Below, piece by piece: positions 27,735-40,527 of a stretch of DNA of 64,000 nt. Below the pieces are notes generated by a model. It was given only the letters and a program-made list of their open reading frames with translations, did not search any database and was not told the DNA's origin. The stretch comes from Klebsormidium nitens. Taxonomy: Eukaryota > Plantae > Klebsormidiophyceae. Each line of letters starts with the position of its first letter. Within the stretch, counting starts at the first letter, position 1. Position numbers and translations under genes: made by a program. The stretch spans positions 47,570 to 111,569 of the forward strand of contig DF237238.1 in assembly GCA_000708835.1 (NCBI GenBank). The letters are read 5' to 3'.

Positions 27735-27903
27735 GCAACCCAGTCTCACCGATATTATGAACAAAACCTCATATTGCCATATGCGGTGTCGGTCATAAGT
27801 CATGACGTTTGGTCCATACTCAGTATGAGTCGGCGGTCTTAGCGGTATGTAACGGCCGTCATAGGCATATGATAAAATGTCCATATGCCGCCATTGCCGG
27901 CCG
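27735..27903 (+). repeat. Left terminal inverted repeat (169 bp)
   Basis: gcaacccagtctcaccgatattatgaac...ccatatgccgccattgccggccg is the exact reverse complement of 40528-40696, read base by base. Confidence 0.95.
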
Positions 27904-28214
27904 GACCTCCTCAAGCCTCTTACCTCACCAAAGCAGGCCTGCAGGGGCTCATGCAGGGCCACCTTGCCACAAGTGCACAAGTTCAGCCTCATCCCAGGTC
28001 AATCTGGACGGATCACACTGCAGGGCGCCACAACCTCAATGCTAGCTTCAAGTAAGCATTTGGGCTTTATTTTGGAGCTTTGAGCTCTGCCTCTCCTTCT
28101 GGCATTTACCTCCTTTCTAGCTTGCAGCAAATTGTAAGTCTGGCACAGCGTTGACACTGAGGCAGATCTGATTGCAAATAGAAGGGAGGGAGAAGGGACC
28201 GGCTCTCTTGCCTC

Positions 28215-31200
28215 ATGGATACATCAGAGAGCTCTGAAGAACAGCTCTCAGAACTTTCTAGCCCGGCCGTGTCGTCTTCCTCCTCAGAGCGAGCGCCCCA
28301 GACACACCTCCCCAGCAAACGAAAGCAGGATGAGGTTCCTATTGACTCTGAAGAGGAGAGTGGGGATGTGCAGAGCAGAGAAAGCTTGGGGCGAACGGCA
28401 AGCAGAAGCCTTTCTGGCTCAGGGGCTGCCTCTTCATCTAGGGAGCGCAGCGTCTCTTGTGATGGCCGGGAGCGTATGTTTGCTGACGGCGTGCCAGTGA
28501 CCAGCGCTGCCCCCAGACCAGAGAGGCGAGGAAAGCCCCAAAACAGAAGTGTGCCTCCGGTGCAAGATCCGGGTGCAAGCTCCCAGGGAGTGGATGCTAA
28601 AGAGAGAACCAGCGGGCGCAATGACGGGGGCAGCGGGGTTGATCATCGTCGAGATAACGCAGATGGTAACCCGCGAAGTGCGGGGGATTCGGGGACTGCT
28701 CCGCGGCCTGTCTGGTTTGAGGAAGAGGTGGAGGAGGCTGAGGGGCAGCCTGATTGGGCAGTGCGAACAGAGAGGGAGTACCGGGCTTACGTTGAAGGAC
28801 GTCAGTCTATTGCGGCCGAGTTACTCCGACAAGAGGCGGTCCCTGGAGACGACGAGTCGGGGTGCAGCTGTCAAGGTTGTCAAGGTGTTGGTATCCTGCG
28901 ATGCCAAGAGTGCACAGGAGGCCGCGCGATATGTGCGGAGTGCGACGAAGGGTTCCACCCCCATGCTCATTTTCACCACCGCTCCATCCTCAAAGCGGAG
29001 GGCTTCTGGTCCCCCCTCAGCCCCACGAAAGCCGTCGTCAATGGCCAGCTCAATGATGTAGCCAAGTGCTTCTCACAGCCGCCTTTGCGCCCCTGTGCGC
29101 ACTGCAAGCAAACGTCGTGGGGTCCTGCGCAAGCAGTCGCCGATAAGTGGGCTGTGATTACCCTTGAGGGGCGCTTCGACTTCCACAAAGCTGCCTTTAA
29201 GTGTCAAACAGAGGGCTGCCCCTGCCTGCAGATTCAGGATGGGGTTGAGGCGCTGCAGCTTGGTTACTGGGTGGGGACAGTGACGAAGGTTGTGACGCTG
29301 TACAGCGTTGCAATGCTCAAGCACTGGGACAAAGTGCAAAAGCACATGCCGGGATCAGGACTATCTGCCTTCGTGAAGATTTTGGAGGAGACTGGGCAGG
29401 AGCTTGGAAGGGTAAGTGATGGAAGCAATCGTTTGAGCTAAGCTGAGAGCGTCGCACCGTCCACATTTGTAGGGGCTTTTTGTGTTTTGTGTGCCCTCTT
29501 GAAAATCTTAAATTTGCTCCTCTCTATGTACAGTCTGCTTGCTTCAAAATTAGCAGAGCCTGGCTCACCGGGCCCTTGTTTGTGCTTCAGTGGTAACAAC
29601 ATAATACCCTCCTGATTCATTTTCTTGCGGTCGTCTTGCCCTCGTCTGTGGATACATCTATCAAACTTCTTGTGGAGATTGGTAAACCGTATTCTGTTCT
29701 GACCATCCATACATCCTAGGGTCATTCATTCTGATAGAGAACTATTCTGAGGGAAGATGTTTACTGATGTTCATTCACGTAGGCACTTGCATATTGAACC
29801 CAATGTCGAATTACTTTGTTCAACAATATTTATTGTGTCTCCCTTTGCTTCGACTTCCAATCAAATTACATCCAGGTTATCATGACTCGGGTTATCTAGC
29901 GTTCTACCCCCATAGAAAGTATCCTCCCTTGTCCCTTCACTAAGTGAACAGATGCTGACGCAATCTTCTCAATTCTGAGCAGGAAGGACCGATCAACCGC
30001 CACACTCTCGGGCTCGCCTGCAGCGAGTTCAAGTTTGCGAAGTACGAGTTCGCCTCCCTGGGTCGGATGCAGACCGGGCTTGAGTGTCCAGCGTGCTACC
30101 TTGATCTCCACTCTATAATCAGTGATGGGAACCGGAAACTCTACCGGTGGGACCGCTCGTATGCCCTGTTCCAAGACTGCTACTACGGGGAGCTGTTGAT
30201 CTTCGAGGATGAGAGTGTGCTGCGCACTCTAGAGGCGCTCGACCTACAGCTCGGGGTATCGCGGCCGGATGCGCAGTGTGGTGGAAAGTGGAAAGCGGCG
30301 CGGGACACACGGAGTGCTATCCGGGGTCAGGCGGAGACGGGAGCGGTGTTTTGCGGCTGCCGCCACCAGGTGGCCATGAAGGCAGTCAATCTTGTGCGCA
30401 GCGGGGAGCGCTTCGGGTACACCTACTTCCTGGACCGCCACTTTATCCAGGGGCGACACCCGCGCTTCTTCTGGCAAGACATCATATGCAAGTACTGGCC
30501 GTGGCGTGAGAAGGCGCTGGACAATATGGGGGAAGACGTGGACGGCGTCACAAAACCCGCGCTCAACATCATGCACGGGAAGCTCCACTCCTGGCCGTGT
30601 CAGGTGAGGCGACAACCAGACTGGATTCTCAGAAGGACAAGGTTTGCGAGGCAGCTCAAGCTTGACGAAATCGGTGCGCAACTCGCACAGTGTTTGTCGC
30701 ATCATTCGGTTCCAAGCGGAAAGCAAATTGTTTTTTGCTCTGCCTGGTAGGGTGGACTCAAATCGGTTGTGATTTTCTTTTGTAACGCTTGAGCGTGAAT
30801 GGGCCTAAGCTGCTCTGTCGTGTCAATAAAAGCTTCTTTCTAATGAATTGCCACACTAGTCTTTCTTGAGCGTACCTGCTTTTTTGCGAGCTCACATTAT
30901 TGTGAGCCAGTTAGACTGGCCAACGGATAGGCTGGATGTGACGTGTTAGATTATCAACAAAAGAGCAGCGCGATCGTTTTGTGGGGACGTTTTCTATTGG
31001 GGTTGAAGGGCTCAAGTTGCAAATCACAGATCTCCAACTCGGAAACAGGTGTGTCCGACCTGGTTCTTACTGGAAACAGAGGAGTTGTCCTCAGTTGTCA
31101 GCAATCCGACCTGATGCTTTACTGGCCATCTAAGCTGACTCTTTGCATGTCACGTCCGATCTTACCTCGCTGTGCTATCATTACTTCAAGCACACAAACA

Positions 31201-33640
31201 ATATGCGGGCGAAAGGAACAATCGGTTTATCTAGTGCCTCTCCTGTAGTCACTGATTGTTCCTTCTCTTTTGGCAGGCCGTGTTCGGAGGCCGGTGGCAA
31301 AAGGGGGCCGGAGCAGGTTCTGGGGAGGACATGGAGTTGTTCTTCTCTTACATGTCGCGGTTCGGGTTGGTGACGAAGAATATGGGAGCAGCCCGTAAGT
31401 AATCACAAACTGTTTGACGGGTTTTAAGGTGGTCAAAGATGTCTGATCTGAGTCTACAGCCATCCTAGTAGAATTCCGGGCGCCAAGGAGCTTTTACGGC
31501 GTCAGTCGACTGGAGTACGAGCCCGTTCCTTACTTCCACGCACCCTTCATCGGGAGCGTACGAATATTGGCCTGGAAGAACTGAACGGCTATCTAGATTA
31601 CAACAACATTTCCGGCATCGTTTGTCTGCACCAAGTCTAATACTGAATCCGAAAAGTCTTGAATCAAGTCGACTGCCACGATCTGCTCGTTGCTGGCTCA
31701 TTCAGTCCCCGTCGTGGTGTCGTGCTGGGTTGTGATACTGTATTGGATTAGCGCTTGCCGTTTCCTAAGGGTGTCTTATCTTGACGTACAGGACGAGGAG
31801 AACGCATCACCGAAGCCACCCTCTACTGGAATGAGGACAAGCGGGCCGCCATGGCGAAGTCGTTGGCTAAACGGTGAGTTGGAGATGCGTACACTTTGAA
31901 GTGGCGCACTCTGAAAACAAGTAACCTCTCGACTGATCTTCTTTCAAGTATTCCATTCAACAAAGGTGCAAAGCTGTGCAGACATACAAGTGCGATCAAA
32001 TTCACGTGCGGACTTCGCTTTCTAAACACTCCACGAAATTCATAAGGTCCCTCAATGGTTTGAGGGCGGCTTCGATGATATGCGCAGCTCGATTACGTCA
32101 TTCTTATTGAATTGCATTGTTACATTTTAGCACGTTTCGAATTCTAAGAGTCCAGTTGTACGTGCGCTGGCTGTCGATCACGCGCTTGCTCCTACGTCAA
32201 CTTGTCGCTCGTCAGAAAAGAGGGAAGTACATCACGTGTGATGCATTTGGTTGCGTTGCATTTACTTGTCCGAGCGCCTTAGAAATGTTAGGAAGGAATA
32301 GTTTCTAGTCATGATCCGGGTCGGGTCAAAGGAGCGGCCGGAATCTGTAACGAACGTGCAAAGCCGAGAGCACCAGGAACAAAGTTGTTTTCAACCAGAT
32401 TTCGGTCGTTTGATGAAGAGACGTTCAGTCTCCTTTTACCTCAGTGCTTCCACACGATCTGTTGTGTAACATCCGTTCCTTTCTTCCACAAAGGTTGGAC
32501 CAGACGAAGTTCCGCGTCGTCGCAGCTGCCCAGGACTTGGATCGACTCTGTCAAGAGACGCTGCAGATTTCCGAATCCGAGGTACCCCTCCAGAAGTTCG
32601 AAGAATGGAAGTCTGAGGTGCAGCAGATCGCCAAAGAGCAGTTGAGCCGTTCGGGCCGGGCTCCAAGTGCGGCTGTAAAGTACTTCAGTCTGGTCACGGA
32701 GGTCGAAGCCGCTCGAGAGCTGGAAGCATTCCGCCAGTCGGGGTCGTTCGAGGACAGTTTACTGTGCTCAGAAACGGTCCAGCAGGTCCGTTCGCTTACT
32801 GCGGAGGTAGTGAGGGACCTGCATCTCAAAGAGAGGAAGCTAAAGGAACTAGAGCGGAGTCTTTTTTCGGGGGAAGTGGGTCCGAGTATTCCAGAGGGAG
32901 CGAAGCAGAAAGTGTTGGAAGCAAGCCGGACGGAACTGGCCGAGCTGACCATCCTCGGTTTGCAAGTCGAGGTTGAGGCTCTTCTGCACAGTCTGGAGAA
33001 GTACAAGTCAAGGATAGCAAGCGAGGCAGACTCCGCAAAGATGCGCGCGTCGATGCGCAAGAAAGAGGGTGAGGTAAAGAAGCACATAGAGGCGGCGATC
33101 GATAGGTACAACGTTGTCGTTCAATAGGGTGACCCGAACAAACGGAGGGATTCAGCGAGCGCGTCCGCCTTGTTGGGCGGTGCAGAGCTGCCCTGGCAAT
33201 ATGAGGGTCGATCAGACGAGTTGCTTACCGTAGGTGCCTTGACAGTACGAACAGTAGCCTTCAAGCGGAAGGTTGAACTGGTCGAAGCATTCAATCTCTT
33301 GCAACGTTTGCAGGAAGAGTCGAGACTGTTAGTTGATGAGCAGCGGAGTCTTCTGACGTATTACTCGGATCTGATTGTGGGTCTAGATAAGAGAATAGAA
33401 CAACTCGACTCCCTCGACAGTAGGGCAGACGCCGAAGCTCCTGCCGAATCGGAGTTGGAAGGCCGACAATCCAGGTATTGGATCTCCGAAAGTCGACTCA
33501 AGAATGATAGGGATGCCCGGAACGGTTGCAGAGCGTTGCACGCACAAGCGAGGGCGGCAGCTGCGATTCGACTTCGAGAAGCTAAGAAGAGCTTTCCTCA
33601 CGCGCTCGAGGAGGCCAGTGCTGAAGGAAGTGGTGCGTAA
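28215..33640 (+). CDS. CxC3-KDZ transposase (5 exons; in-frame TAG at 33125-33127 in the C-terminal helical region)
   Basis: Phase-consistent exons 28215-29411, 29983-30603, 31277-31376, 31792-31873, 32494-33640. Features: Cys/His cluster CSCQGC..CQEC..CAECDEGFHPHAHFHHR; CxC3-like VITLEGRFDF..FKC..C..GYW..T..TLYS..MPG..AFVKIL; CPAC..SDGNRKLYRW (D); CGCRHQ; GERFGY; WQDIICKYWPW (D); MHGKLHSWPCQ; GAGAGSGEDMELFFSYMSR (E). Confidence 0.88.
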
Positions 33641-34808
33641 GAAAGAGTCAGGGAAGCGGCTGCCGGACTCCATCTTGAGGAGGAATTTGCGGAGGCAAAT
33701 AAGGATCTCGAGGGGCTAGAGCTGGCACGCCTCCAGGCTTTGTCTTGTCACCTGGAGGCCGTAGACTGTTCATTGCTGGTTCATAGAGCGTTCAGGTTAG
33801 GCCTAACCGTTCATCAGCTTCCAGAGCTTACGGAAGATCTACTAAGAAGTGTAAAGTATTTTTCGGAGGAGGAGATCTCGAAATTTTTGAGTGCTTTAAG
33901 GAGCACTGGTGCAACCTGATGTAGGCCGGACAGATCCAAATGTGCACATAGGACGGACAAGGTACTAATCCATTGTTAACAACCATCACACTAGGAAACT
34001 CGGGTGATATCAATCATGATCTCTTTTTGGTGACTCATTGTATGTCTTGGCAGCTCTCAGGGTTGTCCGACCAATTGTTGAACTTATTCTTGAATACTGA
34101 TGGCTCGCCGGGCATGAGGATTGGATGCAGTTATGCGCCGCGCATATGCTATATATAGTTAAAATTGTGCATCATATGCCACTGGCTATGGCATCATAAA
34201 TTTCTTTGGTTATAATAGCTTGTGTTGGCATGCAATTCTCGGCTAGTGACTGACAAGCACGCATGCAAATTCTTGCATGAAATCAAATACAACAATATTG
34301 ATCACCGATTCTTAATATTGATACGACTGCCGCGCACCGCGTGTGGCACTATCTTGGTGATTGCTCAATGAGAACGATCGGATAGTCGACAACGTATTAA
34401 TATTTGCGTGATATGCTCCGTGGATCATCGGATTGATAACATAATAAGTTGATTGCCAAAGATCCATGCGCGCGGTTATTAGAATAGCACTAACTTAACC
34501 AATTATGACTTAAGCTAGCTTTGTGCAGAATGATCGGATTCATAATGAGACCGCACTGTTGGTCTACTTCGATTTTGAGACACAGCCTATATATATTTGC
34601 GAATAATCGAATTGATGCTTTGTATATGCAGATTCCAGATTGGCATGCATCATTATGGCAAGGCAAGCGCGGACAAATGTACAATTGCAACTTTATGGGT
34701 ACTGAACCCGGTCAATTTGTAGTGTTTGGAAGGTAAAAGCCTGCTCGCGTGTGCGACTTCAAACACCATGCAACTAACATTGTACTTAAGTACGGATACT
34801 ATGGTCCT

Positions 34809-35560
34809 TCACAAGTCCTTTACACTATTCTTGAATCGGAGACATGGGCCAAGCTTGTCCTTTCCAAACAGATTCTGCAGTGCATCCATGTCCAAAGCTT
34901 TGGCCGTCTCCTCATCGATGTAGTGCTTCCTAAGAGCTGTCAACATTGTCTCAATTACATCTTCGGGATACCGATCCGCCAAACCTTTCACCAGACCTTC
35001 AAGATTCGGCGATAATTTAAACGTGGTCGCCGGCTTGGCATTGGTTGCTTCGGGGGGCGTGTGCTCTTTGGCCCTATCCACATTCGATTTCGAGTCGGCC
35101 ACCCCTTCAACCTTCACGTCAATCTGAGCCTCCGTTTTCATGGCCTTTCTGAAGTACTTCTTGTGCTCGTTCGTAAACGCCTCCCCCTTTGCGCCGGCGG
35201 AGGCGTAGAACCAACGAGTTGCCTGGTTTCCTTCCGTGGGGGTATGGACCATGAGGGAGACCGAACAGCCTAAAACTCGTAGCTTGTCAACCTCCCTTGT
35301 TGCGGCCTTCAACACAACAGGAAGGGCCGGAATTTTTGCCTTCTTCGACTCGTTCTCTGCTTTCTTTCGAGCAGCATTGTGGCTGTGAATGTCGTAGTTA
35401 CAGCCTTGACAATGCGTCCTCCGGATGTGATTCTTGGTTTCGGTAGGGCAGCCGCCAGGGCGGGGGCAGGGGTTGACGGGAGCCTTCTTTTCAGGCTGCC
35501 CGCTCTTGCTTTCGGGAAACGCCTCCTCGTGTGCTCGCTTGCCTCGGGCTCCTGACGAAT
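34809..35560 (-). CDS. Transposon cargo protein: Cys4 zinc-ribbon-like motif plus C-terminal SAM-like domain (5' exon(s) not resolved)
   Basis: Acceptor tttgcag at 35561. The open frame runs to the stop at 34809 and includes CPRPGGC-x12-CQGC (35468-35400) and DVIETMLTALRKHYIDEETAKALDMDALQNLFGKDKLGPCLRFKNSV, similar to the SAM pattern IDGxxLxxLxxxDLxxLG.KLGPRxK. Confidence 0.65.
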
Positions 35561-37399
35561 CTGCAAAGGAAAGGAGTGAGGAAGGTGCTTATGACCAGGG
35601 ACCAAAAATAGAGTAAGCGTCATGACGGTCTGCCGATGTTCCTCAATTTCACCCAAGTTCTTTCGCGTAATCTTTCAAGGAGATTGATCAATGTCGAGTC
35701 TTAAATATACGAGACGCGCTGAGCGGACTTGCTTTAGCTCTCATATGATAGATGCAAAGAGTTATCTCCGTTCCAAGAGCTCATCACACTGAACCTCCTG
35801 TTGTAGTTTGTTTCACGCGCACAGAGGGACTCACGAAGCACGTAAGTTCTGACCCTTGAGATTTGAGATACATGCGGGCTAGACGGTTCGATGTTGAGTG
35901 ATGTCTGACCTCTGTTCAGTCGATAACACCCTATGTCAAGTGCTGGCTATGCACAACAGTAACACGCGAACGTCAATGAAAACGAAGACAAGCGCAGGGA
36001 CGTGGAACGCAAACACGGAATAGTATTACGAGTCACAGACAAGACTACCAGGGCAGACCTTGGTCCCAATTGAAAGACGAACCCAGTTTTGACCATGCAT
36101 TTGTGTACGTATCAAAGTGGTCATTTGGTAAAAGCACTGAACGGCTCTATTGCGCTCCGAACCAAGATTTGCAGAGCCATCTCCGAGCGATAGCAACCGC
36201 AGATCGAAGGTGAGGGTGGGAGAGGATGCGTTGCTGAGAGCAACGCCGACGAGGGGTTTAAAAATTGAGCCCACTTACCATGTTTGCTGGGTGTGGCTTG
36301 AGAGCGCGTGTTTCGGCTCGGGCTGTTCACGAAGTCATCGGAGGCAGCTTTACGGTTGCTGCCTGGGGCTTTTCTAACAGAGCGTGGAGTCGAATGCAGT
36401 GCCGGATGCTCCGCGCGTGTTGCCTTACCGATAGGAGGCCCTTCTTCTGCTGCACAAAAGTAGGGACGCGATTATGGCCACGAAATGAAATCATTTCATG
36501 GAAGACGACATGTCAATTAATAACAATCAGGAGTCAAGTCCTTCCGTTTGTGAAAGATTTGCGTGCGAGGATGCTTCTTAAAGTTAGACATTTAGTGTCT
36601 TCCTTGCGGGACATGCCGTGGGCATTTACGGGCCACAGGATAGTTGGAGGCATCGCACAGCAGGTGCATCGTCACACGATACCTAGCAACAGACAATCAC
36701 TTAGCCCATAATTGCTGCCAAAAAGCTGGCCGACTTTGATCTTGGCGACCAACCTGAGCCCGTTTGCTTTTCGGTGCTCTTTCAATCTCAAATACGAGAA
36801 CCGTTGACTCAAGGCGTATGGGACGCAGCTTGTTGACGGCGCTCAACACTGGAATACATGATGCATCTTAAGCAGAACGACCGACAACTTTACAGAGTGA
36901 CATATTCAAAACCAAGCTCGCCGTCTGATGTGCAGCATCAGCAAGCGCATTGCTAAAGAAAGCGCCTTTTTTGGAAACCACTCAAACGAAAAGCTGGCGA
37001 ACGAAGGGGAGTCCAAAGAGGAAAGCAGAGTCAAAGCAGAGTCAGCCACCACGAGCATGGGTTCAACTCTGGAAAAGCAACCGTGGCAAACGACATGTCA
37101 TACACCAGCCGAGGTTGGGGGTCAGCAGAAAGGGTAGCCTTCTTTACGTCATAAGCTTGAGCACGAAGCCATATTCTAATGTTCGACATTCAACGTGCTG
37201 AACGGACATATCCTCGGCAGCAGGATAGAACCAGTTCAAAGAGTCGCGGTCATGTTTTGCCTAGTGCTGATGACTCACTTAGCTAGTAGGTCTTACATGA
37301 GATCAACAAGGCAACTTGACAAGCCTTCTGCTCGAAGAAGCTAACAACACGCGTAGACAAATCAAATCAGGAAAAGAGGTCATTACAATGCAAGCCTAC

Positions 37400-40335
37400 C
37401 TGCTTCAGGACACATGCCAACATTGTCTGCCGGGCTTTTGACCCAAAGTAGATGAAGGTAAATACAGAGAATCAAAGAAACGGCCAAACACGTTTCGAAA
37501 AGAGAAATCGCTACAACTTTCAAAGTCCACGCCAACCTGACTCACCAGTCTCGATCGGCGAAGCCTGAGTCTCTGATCGGGCTCTATGGACGGGGGTTTC
37601 GGGGAGGTCAGCTGCATGGTCTGGCACATGGCGCCCGGCGGGGGTCCCAATTGGCGACTGCGCAGGCGGTTGGGTACCTGAAAAACAAAGAGCTGCCTCC
37701 GATCAAGACTGTCCTGAGGCTTATTTGAATTCAAGCAGGGCCCATGATTTTCGAAGAGAGAAGTGGACGTAAGGAAGAAAATGGAATATCAATCAAAGCC
37801 AGGCCCTGCTCAAGAGAACCAGATTGAACTAGGCTCGAGATTTGCGAAGGTTGGAAAGCATACAAAAGCACTGCCCGGCGCTTAGTCTTAGGCAAAGGAA
37901 GAATCAGTCCCGAGCACTCATGTAGGCTCTTTGATGTCCAAGCAGTTTCGGTCGGTCCTTGCATCACCAGATTTTGGAGATTCTGCATGCGCTAGGCAGT
38001 CGCAAGTCCCACCTCCAGAGCTGCTGGTCCCTCTCCTATTGCTGTGCGGCGACCGCCTCGTGGATGCACCCTCCGAAGCCACGAACTCAGATCTCGTACG
38101 ACCTGGCAGTAAAGGGTTCTAGAGAATTGGTACAAGAGGGAATGCACTTGAACTCTGACGTGCCTGAGGAATAGTGAGGTATGATATTCCACTTGCCGTC
38201 ACTGAGCACGCGCTGTGCTGACCAGCAATGAGCAATATCTGACGAAAGGAAAAAAACCCTTGAACGGAACAGGTGCACAATATCAGAGGAAAGGCAGATT
38301 CTATGCCGAGAGCTTTGGATTTTGGAGAAACGCTGCACTACGCTGTGCATCCACAATAAACTTCGCAACCGAAGGCAAAGCAATTGTCGAGGCAAGTACA
38401 TAGGCTTCTCTTTTTCCATATGGATAATGCATTTAAGGAGCTCTGGAATATGCCCCACTATGAAAGAGAAAGTTGCTCTGGATAGGATGCGGTGCCTCTC
38501 CAAAGCTTGAGCTTCAGTGGGCTCGAAACAATTGAATCACTAACAAAGACACGTAGACAATACAATCCTGATTGGCCGTCATGCAGGAACGGTGCACCCT
38601 TGGCAGACTTCCTCTGAAAGACCCCACCTTCTCAATGCAATATCTCTTCCTCTAGCTGGACCAGTTCATCAACACCTGCCACAAATAGCATATGCTGCAT
38701 AATGGCGAGCTTACTCCTCAATTGAGCCAACTACTTTCTGGTGTTCCAAAGACCTGATCTTAGGATAGCAAATTGAGCCAATATAACTACGCCCCACCTT
38801 TCGCGCCCTTGTCCTGTCCTGCGGCATTCGAGGGGTTCGAGTCACCTTCTTTGGATCCCTCAGTATCCACTGCACGTCCAAACCAGGTTGTTGAGTCAGA
38901 AGGCCTTTCAATGTTGATTCGAAGAAGAAGCTACTTGGGTGCACAACCCCAATCTTAACCCCAGAATTTGGCATCCTGGCCCAAACGAGAGGAGTTGAGC
39001 ACTCTTGCTTTGCGTGGAGGGAGTATGGATGCGCCAACAGGACCAGCATCAGCGAGTTCAATAACATCCAAGGAATACAAGACGTCCAGCCTCCTTGACC
39101 AGAATCGATCACACAACGTGGTGAATCCGTACACTTTCACCATTCACTACAGCCGGACCACTAGTCAAACAGGACCTGAATGCACATTCAAAAGTTCATT
39201 CAATGCAGACTTGTAAACAGCTGAACGCGCAAGATGCATATGACTTCGTTCGAAACCTCACCATCAACATTAGTCTTGGCTTTTGGGATCCTGGCGTGTT
39301 CTCCAGAACCCCATGCTTGTGCGAAAGGAGCCGGTCTCTCAGTTGACACCGAACGCTGGGCATGACCACTTGGGTGGAGATCGGGAGGATGATTGCTCTT
39401 TGTGGCATCGGGTGATCGATGTTCTGCAAATTGAGCGGGGACAGTCATCGTACCTCAACATAAAGCATCACGTACCAAATCCGCCAGATTCATCACCACT
39501 CGGTCAGCAATCCAAGAGGCAGGGGAATACGAGAGTGGTTGCAGACTGGGGCAAGCGAGTGGGCATTTGTCTGCTCAAATATACCGTAAAGCAGCACTCC
39601 TTTTGAAGATGACAATAAGGGTTTGCAGACTCAAAGCCAAGGCTTCTCTGATCTGGTCTTCCTCTGCAGAACAAGCGAAGAGCAAGTTCTACATTCTGTT
39701 GAATTTCTCAAGGCTCCGACTTCCACGAGGACAGTCAAAAGCAAGAGAGCAGACTGAAGATATGCTGCAAAGGCGCAGCGAGCGGAACAATGTGGAACTA
39801 TTCAGGAAACAATTGTTGCAAGAGAGCATGCCTTTTATGCAAGATTCACAGACTTGGAACCTGAACAAGGGAAGGAAAGCAGATGATTGTACACAGGTTG
39901 GGGCTGCTGTGGCAGACACGCACCTGATCTGGGCACTTCCCGCCGTTCTCGCTTCTGCAACTGCTCATTTAAGAAGGATTCAAAGTGTGCATTGTCAAGG
40001 TGGGCGAGCTTTTTCAAGACAGCTCCATGCTTTGCAGATCTGAAAAGTCTGTCCGACAACTCCGACCATGGGTCAAAGTTGTTAAGCGTGATCAGCTCAG
40101 CCCATGACGCAATCTCCTTCTCCTCAGCATACTGTAGAAGAGCTGTTCCAAACTCTGGGATAGACAGATTCTGCCCTTTTGTGGGTACGTTTCTGCGGAG
40201 AAGGTTTGGGTACTTATTGCTTTTGATCTTGAGCCCTTTCCAATGCTGCTTCAGAGCTGTCTCTGTATGCTGAGTTCCTCCAGGATCCATTCTGAAAGGC
40301 CTGCATGAGATGCTCTGGGCAGCAGACGTGCTCAA
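37400..40335 (-). pseudogene. Degenerate second cargo gene with a UIM-like motif
   Basis: Exon ~40335-39925 (donor tcag|gtgcgt) splices in phase to ttctgcag|ag at 39662, giving EVPRS-EEDQIREALALSLQ. Downstream frames are broken by stops, so the extent is uncertain. Confidence 0.4.
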
Positions 40336-40527
40336 GAGTCAAGAACTTGAAGGACAATGTCAGGCCTCCTGTCCCCTAGCTGCTTGCTACCCCGTAAGCC
40401 CTAAAACGCGACCGAGTGCCAGATTGAAGAGCCTTGCAGTGAAGTTTCAAGTTCCAAGGCCCAGCCTGCGGAAAGGCTGAGGCAGGGCCAATGGCAAGGG
40501 TGCCAGCTGACAGTAACAGCGGGAGGG

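Noticed and set aside
36700-37250. Additional gene inside the transposon
   Set aside because: Only short ORFs, with no motif or consistent splice pattern.
38500-39112. Ulp1/C48 SUMO protease in the transposon cargo (WML..., VVHPSSFFF, NQDCIVYV)
   Set aside because: No HW motif or QxNxxDCG in a consistent frame; resemblance too weak.
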